Below are positions 10,371-21,583 of a DNA stretch of 64,000 nucleotides, piece after piece. The stretch's first letter is position 1; each line of letters opens with the position of its first letter. Origin of the DNA: Waterburya sp. (GTDB lineage: Bacteria > Cyanobacteriota > Cyanobacteriia > Cyanobacteriales > Xenococcaceae); the NCBI GenBank assembly GCA_965217895.1, contig CBDCJV010000002.1:416001-480000 (forward strand), written 5' to 3'. A program made the translations under genes and the position numbers. The notes below the pieces were generated by a model that searched no databases, was not told the DNA's origin, and saw only the letters and a list, made by a program, of their open reading frames with translations.

Positions 10371-10438
10371 TTTTTTTCTAGTAATTTATACTTTTAAAAC
10401 TCAATTTAGTTGAAGTTCTCTACTTTTTTAGGGATTGA
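10371..10438 (+). promoter_or_regulatory. Duplicated upstream motif, copy 2 (before the TPM pseudogene)
   Basis: AGTTCTCTACTTTTTTAGGGATTGA plus an upstream TTTTTTCTAgtaATTTAtAC block resembling 6279-6299. Confidence 0.45.
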
Positions 10439-10509
10439 AATTAGATCGAGCTATTTCTTATTCTGAATTTGACTTTAGCAAACTAAAAAAATATAGGCAA
10501 GAGTTTAAA

Positions 10510-11199
10510 ATGAAACAACATAATAATCAATTTTTGTTAATTTTCATAATAGTTTTATTAGCCAACTTCATTTTTCCCTTCTCAAACACTCAAGCCATCT
10601 TCATCACCAAAAGAATTTACTACTGAGTTATTTAACTATTGGGGAATAGATAAAGTCGATCAAGATAATAGAGTGCTGTTTTTAATTTCAGTTGGCGACC
10701 GCCGAACGGAAATTGAGATGGGGTATGGAATGACAGAAATTTTACCTGACGAAAAAGTTGATAATATTATCGATACTCAAATTATCCTCCAGTTTAAACA
10801 AAAGCATTTTGACGAAGGAACACTGGCGGGAACTAATGAGTTGATTACTGTAATTAAAGCCTCTGATAAAGCGGCGATCGCCGAGTTGTCTGCAATAATA
10901 AATTATTACCTTATCGTTCTGCTGTTTTTTGTGAGTCGTGTAGACAAAAGATGAAAAAACTCCAGCCGACTCAACTAGAAAATGAATTGAGTATGTCAGA
11001 AAAGATTGATCGCGAAATTAATGGTATTCAATTTGAAGGTTGGAGATGTCTTTACTGTAGTTCTGAGCCTGTTTTAATTAGCTTCAAAAATCGCGCTCTT
11101 AATAATAGACGTGGTAGAAGTAGTAGCAGCAGCAGCAGCAGTAATATTAGTAGTAGCGGTAGCTTTGGTGGCGGAAGTAGTGGTGGCGGTAGTTGGTAA
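10510..11199 (+). pseudogene. TPM (YgcG-like) domain protein, fragmented
   Basis: Signal-like start, FTTELFNYWGIDKVDQDNRVLFLISVGDRRTEIEMGYGM..ILPD and a C-terminal SFGGGSSGGG tail, split over three ORFs. Confidence 0.75.
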
Positions 11200-11433
11200 T
11201 CAAACTAAGTTGACCGCTTTGTTATCAGTTTAATCATCACTAGACGAAGAAATCTTTGAGATTTTAGGGATGCCTTTATACCGCCCGCTTCCGGTTTAGG
11301 AAGCTTGTCTTGGTGCGCGTACATACGCCTAAAGCCTTTGTCTTGCGCCTATTGACGACGCAGGCTTCTACCGCTCCTAGTCTCCCAGTCCCCTACTCAA
11401 ACCTAACCATCCTATAATGATGCAACGCCCAGT

Positions 11434-14400
11434 TTATTTATTGCCTATAGTTAACTGGGTACTAGATTGTTGTTCACGGCGAGTTCCTAAAAACTTGCCT
11501 AGCCAACGCAAAAAGCTATCAACATAGGTAAATAATACAGGTACAACTACCAAAGTCAAAAGAGTAGAAGTGGTAAAACCGCCAATAACGGCGATCGCCA
11601 TTGGACTGCGAACTTCACCATCCGCACCTAGTTCTAGGGCAATGGGCAGCATTCCCGCCACCGTAGAAATTGAGGTCATCAAAATTGGACGTAAGCGCGA
11701 TACCCCAGCAGAAATAACCGCTTTACGCAGAGGTTTGCCTTCTTTGAGTCCTGCTAGGGCAAAGTCTACCAGTAGAATTGCGTTTTTGGTGACTAATCCC
11801 ATTAATAAGACAATGCCGATCAGGGCAAATAGTCCTAGTTCTTTTTGGGTAATTAATAATCCTAGAAGCGCGCCACCAATGGATAAAGGTAATGCCACCA
11901 AAATTGCGAAAGGATAAAGAAAATTATTATACAGCAGTACCAAGATGGCATAAATACATAAGATAGCTAAACCTAATGCCTCGCCAAAACGACCAAAGAT
12001 ATCCCGCATAATTTCTGCGTCTCCCGATGGTTCTTCTTTTACTTCGGGGGGTAAGTTTTTCATGGCAGGTAAAGCGCGAATTTTTGCGATCGCATCGCCC
12101 AAAGCCAGTCCCTGTAGGTTTCCTTCTACCGTCACCTGACGATTACGATTAAACCTTTCGATAGTGGCTGGACTACTTCCCAAGCTAATGGTGGCTACAG
12201 ATTTGAGCGGCACTAATGTCCCATCACGGCTTGGTATACGCAGATTATTGAGCGTCTCTATATCTTGACGTTTGGCAGGGTTTATCTGCACTCTAATCGG
12301 TATCTGGCGATCGCTTAGATTGAATTTCGCTAGGTCAAAATCGCTATTACCAATGGATGCCAAAGAAGCAGTACTGGCGATCGCCTGGACGGAAACTCCT
12401 AGATCTGCTGCCCTACGAGGATCGGGTTGGATAATAACTTCAGGTTCAACTAAGCTAGTACTAGAGGTAACTTCTACCAGTCCTGGTATTTCACGAGCTT
12501 GCTTTTCTAACTCATTAGCGGTTTTGACCAAGATCTCTGGATTGTTGCTGCGTAGAATCAGGGAAACATCTTTATCACTGCCTCCCGCCCCTTGACTCTG
12601 GAAACTGATTCTTGCTCCAGGAATGTTTATAAAGGCTTTTCTCATTTGGTCTTGAAACTCTTGTTGAGAAACTGACCTTTCGGTTTTTGGCAGCAGCTTA
12701 ACCGAGATCGTGGCTTTATCGATCTGATCATCTTGCCCTACCTCAGACAAGACACTTTTGATTACCGATTGCTTTTCTGACAATACTTGCTCTAGCTGTT
12801 TGACCACGGATTCGGTGCTTTCTAGTCTTGAACCAGGAGGTAACTCTACTTGGATAGTACTAAGTCCTGTGTCTCCACTGTCAAATAAGCCTTTAGGTAT
12901 ATAAGGAATTAGCTGCAAACTAGCAAAGAAAAATGCTCCTGCCAAAATTAAAGTGGTGATTCGATTTCTTAAAGCCAAATTAAGTACAAAGCGGTAGGGC
13001 TGAAATTTTGCCCCCGCATTTACGTCTAAATCTTGAGAAGAAGCAAATAAATTTGGTGTTGCCTTGGAAATTACTTCTTTATTCTCTCTACCGTAGGGAG
13101 TGATGTCATAACTCACCGCATTAAAAGCCCGAAAGCGAGGATATTTAAACGCTTGCTTCCTAGGCTTAAGTAGATAAGCACTTAACATTGGGGTAACAGT
13201 ACAGGCTACTAAAGTAGAAAACATGGTAGACACCGCCACCGTTACCCCAAAAGGTTGAAAATACTGCCCTGGAATACCGCCCATAAATGCCACAGGAATA
13301 AACACCGCCACAATAGTTGCAGTGGTAGCGACTACAGCTAAACCAATCTCTCTGGCTGCATCTAAAGCTGCCTGAAAAGGTTGCTTATTCATTTGCAGGT
13401 GGCGATCTATATTCTCGATCATACAGATTGCATCATCCACCAGATTACCAACGGCCAGTGCCAAAGCTAATAAACTCATGCTGTTAAGGGTATAGCCCAG
13501 AGTTTTCATTACCCAAAAGGTAGGAATGATAGACAGGGGTAAAGCTGTGGCGGTAATTAGAGTAACTCGCCAATCTCGCAGGAAGATCCCCACGGTCATT
13601 ACCGTCAGCAAACAGCCCAATACTAGGGCGTTAATTGTTCCTTGATAAGATGCGCGAATCTCATCAGCACGAGTAAAGATTAGCTGTAGCTTAACGTCTT
13701 TGGGAAGAGTGGTTTTTAATTGGGCAACTTCTTTTGTCACCGCTTCTTCTACGGAAACTAAAGTAGTCCCTGAACTACGTTTAACGGCAAAGCCGACTAC
13801 TGGCTGTCCATTAAGAAATGCTTTTTGTCTCGATTCTTCAAAGTTATCGGCAACTTCCCCAAAGTTAGACAGGGGAACAGTATCTCCATTGCCAAGTTCA
13901 ATTGGGTAAGCTTTTAAATCATTAACGGTTTTGGCACTACCTAAAGTACGCACGCTTTGCTCTCTACCGCCAACTTCCGATCGCCCTCCCGATAAATTAA
14001 GATTAAACTGGGCAATCTGCTCATCAATATCCGTGGCGGTAATTCCATAAGCCTGTAATCGTTCGGGGTCAAGATTTACCCTAATTTCTCGATCTACTCC
14101 TCCCAAACGGTCTACTTGTCCTACTCCCTCAACGTTGAGTATTTCGGGAATAATGGTCAGGTCTACTAGGTTACTAACCTCTTCCACCGAACGTTGAGCA
14201 GAAGAAACAGCATAAGTAACCACCGTACCGCCTGTAAACTGTAGCTTGTTTACCCTCGGCTCATCTATATCCTGGGGTAAATCGGGACGAATTTGGGAAA
14301 CAGCATTACGGACTTCATTAACGGCGCGATCGCTATCTACCCCTAAATCAAATTTAATTACGGTACTAGAGCTACCATCGGTAATAGTTGAGCTTAGTTC

Positions 14401-14640
14401 ATCGATCCCATCTAAATTAGCTACCGCGTCCTCAATCTTTTTGGTCACCTGAGTCTCTAATTCTGTTGGACTTACGCCCCTTTGGGTGGCATTGATAGTT
14501 ACAATCGGTACATCAATGTTAGGAGAATCATCAATTCCCAATGCCATAAAGGAAGTAATACCTATAACTCCTAAAATGAGAAATGTAACCACTGTGGGGA
14601 CAGGGTTTTTAATCGACCAAGATGAGAAATGGAAAGACAT
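11434..14640 (-). CDS. RND efflux permease (AcrB/AcrD/AcrF family)
   Basis: 1068 aa; GNLVDDAICMIENI, GLVTKNAILLVD and RLRPILMTS motifs. Confidence 0.95.
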   Translation of the reverse strand: MSFHFSSWSIKNPVPTVVTFLILGVIGITSFMALGIDDSPNIDVPIVTINATQRGVSPTELETQVTKKIEDAVANLDGIDELSSTITDGSSSTVIKFDLGVDSDRAVNEVRNAVSQIRPDLPQDIDEPRVNKLQFTGGTVVTYAVSSAQRSVEEVSNLVDLTIIPEILNVEGVGQVDRLGGVDREIRVNLDPERLQAYGITATDIDEQIAQFNLNLSGGRSEVGGREQSVRTLGSAKTVNDLKAYPIELGNGDTVPLSNFGEVADNFEESRQKAFLNGQPVVGFAVKRSSGTTLVSVEEAVTKEVAQLKTTLPKDVKLQLIFTRADEIRASYQGTINALVLGCLLTVMTVGIFLRDWRVTLITATALPLSIIPTFWVMKTLGYTLNSMSLLALALAVGNLVDDAICMIENIDRHLQMNKQPFQAALDAAREIGLAVVATTATIVAVFIPVAFMGGIPGQYFQPFGVTVAVSTMFSTLVACTVTPMLSAYLLKPRKQAFKYPRFRAFNAVSYDITPYGRENKEVISKATPNLFASSQDLDVNAGAKFQPYRFVLNLALRNRITTLILAGAFFFASLQLIPYIPKGLFDSGDTGLSTIQVELPPGSRLESTESVVKQLEQVLSEKQSVIKSVLSEVGQDDQIDKATISVKLLPKTERSVSQQEFQDQMRKAFINIPGARISFQSQGAGGSDKDVSLILRSNNPEILVKTANELEKQAREIPGLVEVTSSTSLVEPEVIIQPDPRRAADLGVSVQAIASTASLASIGNSDFDLAKFNLSDRQIPIRVQINPAKRQDIETLNNLRIPSRDGTLVPLKSVATISLGSSPATIERFNRNRQVTVEGNLQGLALGDAIAKIRALPAMKNLPPEVKEEPSGDAEIMRDIFGRFGEALGLAILCIYAILVLLYNNFLYPFAILVALPLSIGGALLGLLITQKELGLFALIGIVLLMGLVTKNAILLVDFALAGLKEGKPLRKAVISAGVSRLRPILMTSISTVAGMLPIALELGADGEVRSPMAIAVIGGFTTSTLLTLVVVPVLFTYVDSFLRWLGKFLGTRREQQSSTQLTIGNK

Positions 14641-14696
14641 ACTTTAAAGGATGAAGATTAATACACCATTGTATTTCAGTGTTTCAGGACGTTGAA

Positions 14697-14725
14697 AACA
14701 GTCTCTTATATTTGAAGAGGCTGTT
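14697..14725 (-). terminator. Hairpin between lepA and the RND gene
   Basis: AACAGTCTCTT-ATATTTG-AAGAGGCTGTT inverted repeat. Confidence 0.4.
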
Positions 14726-14799
14726 CTTTTCTATTCCCCTTAATCAGGGAATAATTAAAAAGTGCGATCGCCTTGATTAATTACTTCCTAAATTACAGA

Positions 14800-16611
14800 T
14801 TACTCCTTGCCTAATTTTAAAACTGCCATAAAAGCTTCTTGAGGTACATCTACCGTACCAATAGCTTTCATTCGCTTTTTACCCTTAGCTTGTTTTTGCA
14901 GCAGTTTCTTCTTACGAGAAATATCCCCGCCATAGCATTTAGCTAAAACATCTTTACGTAAAGCAGGAATATGTTCACTGGCAATTATTTTTGCGCCAAT
15001 TGATGCCTGTATAGGCACTTTGAACTGATGGCGAGGAATTAACTCTTTAAGTTTTTCGGTTAATGCTCGACCAACATAATAAGCTTTATCTCGATGAACG
15101 ATAGTTGATAAAGCGTCTACAGGATCTTTGTTTACCAAAATATCCAGCTTGACCAAATGATCGGCGCGATAGCCCAACATTTGATATTCCATGCTGGCAT
15201 AACCCTTGGTTCTTGACTTCATTTGATCGAAAAAGTCGGTAACCACCTCAGCTAAAGGCATCTCATAGACTACACAAGTGCGATTCTGGGCAAAATATTT
15301 CATATCCTTGAATATTCCCCGTCTGGTTTGACATAAATCCATCAAAGTACCGACGTAGTTTTCAGGAGTAATAATTTCTACTTTGATATAGGGTTCTTCA
15401 ATTTTTTCCCGTTTCTGAGGATCTGGTAAGAGGCTGGGATTGTCTATTTCTATTACCTCGCCATCAATGGTAGTAACGCGATAAATTACCGATGGAGCAG
15501 TGGTAATTAGTTCCAAATCATATTCTCGCTCCAGTCTTTCCTGGACAATTTCCATGTGCAGTAGACCTAAGAAACCGCAACGGAAACCAAAACCCATAGC
15601 ACTAGAAGTTTCTGGTTCATAGGAAAGAGCAGCATCATTAAGCTTAAGCTTCTCTAAAGCATCTCTCAAATCAGGATATTGATCCGAGTCTGTGGGAAAC
15701 AAGCCACAAAAAACCATCGGTTTTGCTTCGGTATAGCCAGGCAGAGGTTTGGCTGCCATCTCTTCAACTAGGGTGATGGTATCGCCAACGCGAGCATCTC
15801 CTACCGCTTTAATAGCAGCAGCAAAATAACCTACTTCCCCTGCATGAAGCTCTTCTACTTCTACTTGAGTAGGAGAAAGAACCCCAAGTTCATCAATTAC
15901 ATATTCTTTTTCTGATGCCATCAGGCGAACTAAATCACCTTTTTTGATTTTGCCGTCCATGACACGGAAATAAACTATCACCCCACGATAAGCATCATAG
16001 TAGCTATCAAAAATCAAAGCCCGTAAAGGTTGGTCTATGGTATCTTGTGGTGGTGGTACTTTTTGAACAATCGATTCTAAAATAGCATCGACTCCCAAAC
16101 CAATTTTTGCCGAGGCTTGAATGATATCGGTGCAGTCTAAACCTACTACTTCTTCTATCTCTTCGGCAACTCTTTCTGGTTCTGCACCTGGCAAATCAAT
16201 TTTGTTGAGTACGGGAATGATTTCTAAGTCGTTTTCTAAGGCTAAATAGACGTTGGCTAAAGTTTGTGCTTCGACTCCTTGAGAAGCGTCCACAACTAAT
16301 AACGCTCCTTCACAAGCTGCTAGAGAACGAGATACCTCATAGGTAAAATCTACGTGACCAGGAGTATCAATGAGATTTAAGACATATTTTTGCCCATCTT
16401 TGGCAGTGTAATTCATTCTGGCTGCCTGTAGCTTGATGGTTATTCCTCGCTCTCGTTCTAAATCCATATTGTCGAGAAATTGTTCTTTCATCTGTCTTTG
16501 TGCCACAGTGCCAGTGTTCTGCAACATTCGATCTGCAAGGGTAGACTTTCCATGATCGATATGGGCAATAATTGAAAAGTTACGAATACGAGAGACGGGA
16601 ACGTCAGTCAT
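14800..16611 (-). CDS. lepA: Elongation factor 4 (LepA)
   Basis: [27 protein letters not shown] and C-terminal [19 protein letters not shown]. Confidence 0.99.
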   Translation of the reverse strand: MTDVPVSRIRNFSIIAHIDHGKSTLADRMLQNTGTVAQRQMKEQFLDNMDLERERGITIKLQAARMNYTAKDGQKYVLNLIDTPGHVDFTYEVSRSLAACEGALLVVDASQGVEAQTLANVYLALENDLEIIPVLNKIDLPGAEPERVAEEIEEVVGLDCTDIIQASAKIGLGVDAILESIVQKVPPPQDTIDQPLRALIFDSYYDAYRGVIVYFRVMDGKIKKGDLVRLMASEKEYVIDELGVLSPTQVEVEELHAGEVGYFAAAIKAVGDARVGDTITLVEEMAAKPLPGYTEAKPMVFCGLFPTDSDQYPDLRDALEKLKLNDAALSYEPETSSAMGFGFRCGFLGLLHMEIVQERLEREYDLELITTAPSVIYRVTTIDGEVIEIDNPSLLPDPQKREKIEEPYIKVEIITPENYVGTLMDLCQTRRGIFKDMKYFAQNRTCVVYEMPLAEVVTDFFDQMKSRTKGYASMEYQMLGYRADHLVKLDILVNKDPVDALSTIVHRDKAYYVGRALTEKLKELIPRHQFKVPIQASIGAKIIASEHIPALRKDVLAKCYGGDISRKKKLLQKQAKGKKRMKAIGTVDVPQEAFMAVLKLGKE

Positions 16612-16830
16612 AAAAATTTATTAGATTAATAATCTTTAAAAGTTAGTATTGTTATTTATTATAGGTGCGCATTTCTTGCCTGCTAAAATACCAGCAGAAT
16701 CATAACTCTATTGTAATGTTCATTTTTACCTATTTTCCAGTCAGATTACAGATTTACCTAAAGTTAATCTGTTTTGTGCTTAAGTTTTGGTTCAACAGGT
16801 AAAATGAAAATAAACCAATATGCAAAATTT

Positions 16831-17106
16831 ATGAATGATGATTTACCCACATCAGAGCAATCTGATAGTTCCCCATTTGAGCCTAATTCTGCTCGCGAAA
16901 CAACATCTTCAGACAAAATTAGAGTATCTATCGACCTAGATCCAAAAGTTTTAGAGCAGATTAAGCATCTAACTAACAATCCAAATAGAGTAATTGAAAC
17001 AGCTATTAAGCAATGGCTTAATGGGGAAAGAGATGGCGAAACGGATTTAACTCGTACTTTTCAGCGTAATCCCCCTGTCCCACCTCAAGGGGAATGGAAT
17101 GATTGA
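16831..17106 (+). CDS. Small hypothetical protein, ribbon-helix-helix/CopG-like
   Basis: IRVSIDLDPKVLEQIKHLTNNPNRVIETAIKQWL fits a beta-helix-helix pattern. Confidence 0.6.
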   Translation: MNDDLPTSEQSDSSPFEPNSARETTSSDKIRVSIDLDPKVLEQIKHLTNNPNRVIETAIKQWLNGERDGETDLTRTFQRNPPVPPQGEWND

Positions 17107-17232
17107 AGGGATAAAGAATTGTAGTTGCTATAAATAACTTGAGCGAGCTATCAGCACTCTTAGCTTACTCAAGCTTATCGCTACCTTAGATATCTATAGG
17201 TTATAGTTTCAGGATAAAGCTCAATTTTTTCG

Positions 17233-18978
17233 TTGAAGTTTTATTCAAGTCAAAATTTCTTGCCCATGCTCCCAAGATTTGATCCAAAATTCTCTAACAG
17301 TAAGTTTACTATGTCAGCCAATGAGATGAGATGGCAGCAATTGGGAGCAGAATTGGTTTTTACTCAAGATGTTGCAGGTAATTATCTTTCTTTTTGGTGG
17401 GCAAAAGCAGCAGAACATGGATTGAGTAACCAGCTTCTACAAGATTTTAGTAACCATTTTAGTTTAGAAAATCAAATTTTTAGTCCTGTCGATCCCCAAG
17501 CTTATTTGGAGAAAATTCAACGAGTAATTAAACGTCGTTTACCAGAACAATGCTGCTGTCTGTTTCAGTGTGCAGAAACCTCATATTCTTTTGAACTGGT
17601 AATTAGTCCTATACTTCCTTGTGCGGGAAAATCAACAGCAGTTTTGGTGATGGGACATTTGCTGGAGGAAGCAGAAATGTTTTCTTTTGCCCCTGATGAA
17701 GTCCCAGCAGCTATTTATAGCTATCAAAAACTGTTAAATCAGGTTGTTACCCAAATCCGTCGCAGTTTAAATTTAGAAACTATTTATCAACAAACAGTTA
17801 ATAATATAGGCTCAACTTTTGCTGTTAGTCGCTGTCTAATATTGACTAATCAAAATAATCTTACTCAATTATCTGTAGCTGCTGAATATTGTCAGACAGA
17901 ATATAAATCGATTACAGAATATAAAATTGACTGGCGCAAAGAAGTTTATCTACAGCAGGCATTAGAGTCTAACTATCCCCTGACCGTAGACTTTAGGCAA
18001 CAAGATATATTACAGCGCAAATCTTGTTTAGTAATGTCAAGTAATCCTAATGATGAGGAGCGAGTTTTAATCTGTCTGCAACAATGCGATCGCTATCGTC
18101 ATTGGACAACCGCAGAAATGGAAATGTTGAAAGAGATTACTGAACAGGTAGAAGCAGCAGTATCTCTAGCCAAACTTTACCGTGAAGTAGAGCAGGCAAG
18201 CATTCAAGCCGAAGAAGCCAGCCGTCTCAAAAGCGATTTTCTGGCTAATACTTCCCATGAATTACGTACCCCTCTCAACGGCATTATCGGTTTTCTCAAA
18301 TTGCTATTAGAGGGAATGGCGGATAATCCTGAAGAACAGCATGAGTTTATTGAAGAAGCCTATCGGTCTTCTATTCATTTGCTCAATTTAATTAATGACA
18401 TCCTCGATATTGCCAAAATTGAAGCGGGCAAAATGGAGCTGGAGTTAACTGAAGTTGAATTAAAAGAGCTTTTGCAGGATGTAGAAAATTTAATTCATAC
18501 TCAAGCAGAGCAAAAAAAACTCAATTTGCAAATAAAATCTCTTGCTACTCTCACCCCAGTTATTCTTTGCGGTAACTATCAGCGGTTGCTTCAGGTCATG
18601 CTAAATCTAGTAGGTAACGCGATTAAATTTACTAGAGAAGGTGGTGTTGTGATCAGTGCCGAAGTAAATAATAAAAAAGTTGTCTTACATGGTCGAGAAT
18701 TTCCAGGAATGGCTAAAGTTAGCGTTGCTGACACAGGAATTGGAGTCTCTCTAGAAAAGCAAAATAAGCTGTTTGAGAATTTTTATCAGGTAGATGGTTC
18801 TCGTACTAAATCTTATGGTGGAACTGGCTTGGGTTTAGCTATTTCTCAAAAGTTAGTCGAAGCAATGGGGGGTAATATTTCTTTTTATAGTATGGGAGAA
18901 GGCTTAGGATCTACGGTAACTTTTACAGTGCCTCTTAGTCATTTACCCGTAATTAAAACTGCTCAATCGGAAGGATAG
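17233..18978 (+). CDS. GAF sensor histidine kinase
   Basis: GAF (IRRSLNLETIYQQTV...LQQCDRYRHW), H-box FLANTSHELRTPL, N-box NLVGNAIKFT, G-boxes DTGIG and GGTGLGL. The true start may be 17266 or 17311. Confidence 0.9.
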   Translation: MKFYSSQNFLPMLPRFDPKFSNSKFTMSANEMRWQQLGAELVFTQDVAGNYLSFWWAKAAEHGLSNQLLQDFSNHFSLENQIFSPVDPQAYLEKIQRVIKRRLPEQCCCLFQCAETSYSFELVISPILPCAGKSTAVLVMGHLLEEAEMFSFAPDEVPAAIYSYQKLLNQVVTQIRRSLNLETIYQQTVNNIGSTFAVSRCLILTNQNNLTQLSVAAEYCQTEYKSITEYKIDWRKEVYLQQALESNYPLTVDFRQQDILQRKSCLVMSSNPNDEERVLICLQQCDRYRHWTTAEMEMLKEITEQVEAAVSLAKLYREVEQASIQAEEASRLKSDFLANTSHELRTPLNGIIGFLKLLLEGMADNPEEQHEFIEEAYRSSIHLLNLINDILDIAKIEAGKMELELTEVELKELLQDVENLIHTQAEQKKLNLQIKSLATLTPVILCGNYQRLLQVMLNLVGNAIKFTREGGVVISAEVNNKKVVLHGREFPGMAKVSVADTGIGVSLEKQNKLFENFYQVDGSRTKSYGGTGLGLAISQKLVEAMGGNISFYSMGEGLGSTVTFTVPLSHLPVIKTAQSEG

Positions 18979-19011
18979 TTTCTAGCTTTTCTTTTTCGTT
19001 TCTTGATTTAA

Positions 19012-19098
19012 TAGACTTCCTGCATAAATATTTTTTTAGATATTTTTGATTGCCGATCTCTGACCTAACCAAGATTTATGATTTGTGCAAGAGGTCTA
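19012..19098. mobile_element. MITE-like element with imperfect terminal inverted repeats
   Basis: Left end TAGACTTCCTGCATAAAT versus right end (reverse complement) TAGACCTCTTGCACAAAT, 15/18 match. Confidence 0.6.
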
Positions 19099-19121
19099 AT
19101 TCAGGCAACAACACCATAGCA

Positions 19122-20454
19122 TCATAGAAAACGAGATAGCAATTGATGAATTAGTCTGAAAAATGCTGTTATAGCGATCGCCCCAGCAGCAGACATGGCA
19201 GCCATAACAAGTACCGATTGGACACCTAACGCGCCTTGAAAAGCTGGAACGAAATAAATCAATGCCACTGTAATGCTGGCGAAAATCAGTAGGTCAATTT
19301 TTTCAATAATGCGACGGTTGAGGGCAAAAATAAAGCCTCCCATCACCATACCAAAAATACCCAAACTAACGCCTGAAACCGAAAAAGCACTGGTCAAACC
19401 TATATAAAACAAAGCTCCTTCAAAACCTGTAAAAGCTGCACTACCTAAAACTTCTACTAGAGAAAAGTTGCGTTTATTTCTTTGGATTGGTGGAGATGAA
19501 TTAACCGTCAAAACAGTCAACGCTTCTGATGCTGATTGAAAACGTTGGGCAGGAGTTGGCAATAGCATTTTGTTAAAAGTGTCAACTAAATTATCGCTAA
19601 TTTTAGGAGCATAATTTTGCCATTTCCAACTGTAATTAAATAAATCGTAGAGTTCTTCTGCGGGCTTTCCTGTCAAAAGAACAATACAGGTAACTGCCAA
19701 CGCATAGATATCTGTAGAAGGGTATACTTGCGAGCCAGATATTTGTTCTGGAAGCGCAAAAATTATTGAATAGATGCCTGTAGATTTTTGTTGCTTACCT
19801 CCTCCTGCTGCTATTTGTTTTACAGTCCCAAAATCTAGAAGATATAGTTTCCCTTCTTGGTTACGCATGATATTAGAAGGCTTGATATCCCGATGAATGG
19901 TGTTGTGATCGTGAATGAACTGTAATACCTTGAGAATTTCTGTCAAAACTTCAGTAACTTTTGCCTCGCTAAATTTTCCTTTTTTTTCTAGTTCGGTTTC
20001 TAGATTATCCCCATCAATAAATTCTTGAGCTAGATAAAAATACTGTTCTGAGCCAGTACCGCGAGAATTATGGACTATAGTATAGGTGTGAAAAAAGCAT
20101 ATAAATCGGGAATTTGACTATGTTTTCGCCCCAATTCTTCTAAAACTACTGCTTCTCTCTCAAATAAGTTTTGGGCGGTCGCCAATTCTTGAGCATCAAG
20201 ATTCCTAGAAGGTTGAAATAGTTTGATCGCACACTGAGGCATTTTTGGCTTATAGCGATCGCGTGCTAGAAATGCTGCTCCAAAACCCCTTAACCAAGTA
20301 GTTTAGAAGGAATATAGCGATCGGCTAAAAGTAAAGGCATACCGCAGGTAGAACAGTACCTTTGCTGCACAGTTCTAATTTTGGCTTCGTTGTCTAAATC
20401 TCCAAATGAATTAAGGGGGTTGGGACAACCAGGACGAGTACAAATGATTTCCAT
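19122..20454 (-). pseudogene. Ser/Thr protein kinase with Cys4 prefix and C-terminal TM helices, disrupted
   Basis: MEIICTRPGCP...YCSTCG...RYIPSKLLG*, then a frameshift in the GxGGFG loop (about 20290) and a second near 20075; HRDIKPSN and DFG survive in ORF 19122-19946. Confidence 0.85.
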
Positions 20455-20608
20455 ACAATTTCATCTCGTGTAAATTACATTCTGCCACTTTTTAAAAATC
20501 AGCCAAAAACAGTGCTGGCTGTGCCAGTAATAATAATTACTGCCGTAAGCGGCTATGAGCTTATTGTCCTCTTGTTATTTCTATAATTGCGATCGCTCAA
20601 ATTCTAAT

Positions 20609-21583
20609 CTACCTTATCTCAATAGTGTGTTTATATAAAGTATCTAAAGTTTTAAACTCTTCTCTAGTAGCAAACATCGGCAATATTTCTTTACTAAATG
20701 CTTCTGCTGCCTTAGAACAATAACGATTAGGATTAACAATTACTGCTAAAGTACGCCCGATATCAACCTCTTTTATTTTGGCTTGGTGTAAAACTCCCAT
20801 TTCTAGCTCTTTCTCAATTGCCGTAGTGGAAACAAAAGCTGAACCTAAGCCCGACTGGACGGCATTTTTTATGGCTTCGATAGAATTTAACTCCATCTCA
20901 ATTTTGAGTCGTTTGGGGTCAATTCCATAACGGGTAAGTACCTGATCGATCACCTTGCGAATCGTGGATTGAGAATCTAGGCTAATAAAGTTGAGCTTAT
21001 ACAGGTCTTCTTTGTAAATCGCTGCTTCTTGAGCCAAAATGTGAGAGGGAGGCAAAATCAAAGCAAATTCGTCATCTGCATAAGGAATAACGTTTAATAC
21101 TTCTCGTAATTCTGTGGGTACTTCTCCACCAATAATTGCCAAATCTACCTGACCATTAGCTACCGCCCAGGAAGTGCGACGGGTAGAATGCACCTGAAGC
21201 TGTACCGAAACATCAGAATATTTTTGGCGAAACAATCCAATCATGCGCGGGATCAAATATGTACCCGTAGTCTGAGATGCGCCGACAATTAAAGTACCAC
21301 CCTGAAGGTTTTGTAAATCTTCAATTGCTCGACAGGTTTCTTGACACAAAGATATTACTCGTTCTCCGTAGCTAAGTAACAAATGTCCTGCCTCGGTCAA
21401 CTGCGCTCTGCGTCCACCACGATCAAATAAAGGTACATTTAACTGTTTCTCTAAGTTTTGTACTTGAAGACTGACAGCAGGTTGAGAAACATAAAGACTG
21501 TCAGCAGCCCGCTTAAAGCTTCCCTCAGTAGAGATTGCCTTGAGTATACGGAGTTGATCTAAGGTAAAAGGAATATCTGACAT
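20609..21583 (-). CDS. rbcR: LysR regulator RbcR/Ycf30
   Basis: [17 protein letters not shown]...[20 protein letters not shown], characteristic of Ycf30. Confidence 0.88.
   Translation of the reverse strand: MSDIPFTLDQLRILKAISTEGSFKRAADSLYVSQPAVSLQVQNLEKQLNVPLFDRGGRRAQLTEAGHLLLSYGERVISLCQETCRAIEDLQNLQGGTLIVGASQTTGTYLIPRMIGLFRQKYSDVSVQLQVHSTRRTSWAVANGQVDLAIIGGEVPTELREVLNVIPYADDEFALILPPSHILAQEAAIYKEDLYKLNFISLDSQSTIRKVIDQVLTRYGIDPKRLKIEMELNSIEAIKNAVQSGLGSAFVSTTAIEKELEMGVLHQAKIKEVDIGRTLAVIVNPNRYCSKAAEAFSKEILPMFATREEFKTLDTLYKHTIEIR

Noticed and set aside
11115..11195. AGT/AGC/GGT triplet repeats as a contingency locus
   Set aside because: They encode the ordinary Ser/Gly-rich tail of TPM-family proteins.
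11570..14452. Antisense or alternate-frame ORFs within the RND gene (and similar ones inside CDF, wzc, PKS/NRPS, ABC and GT genes)
   Set aside because: They overlap well-supported genes and show no protein motifs.
16831..17106. Toxin-antitoxin module
   Set aside because: RHH-like protein with no adjacent toxin; the PIN-PhoH gene is 7 kb away and unlinked.
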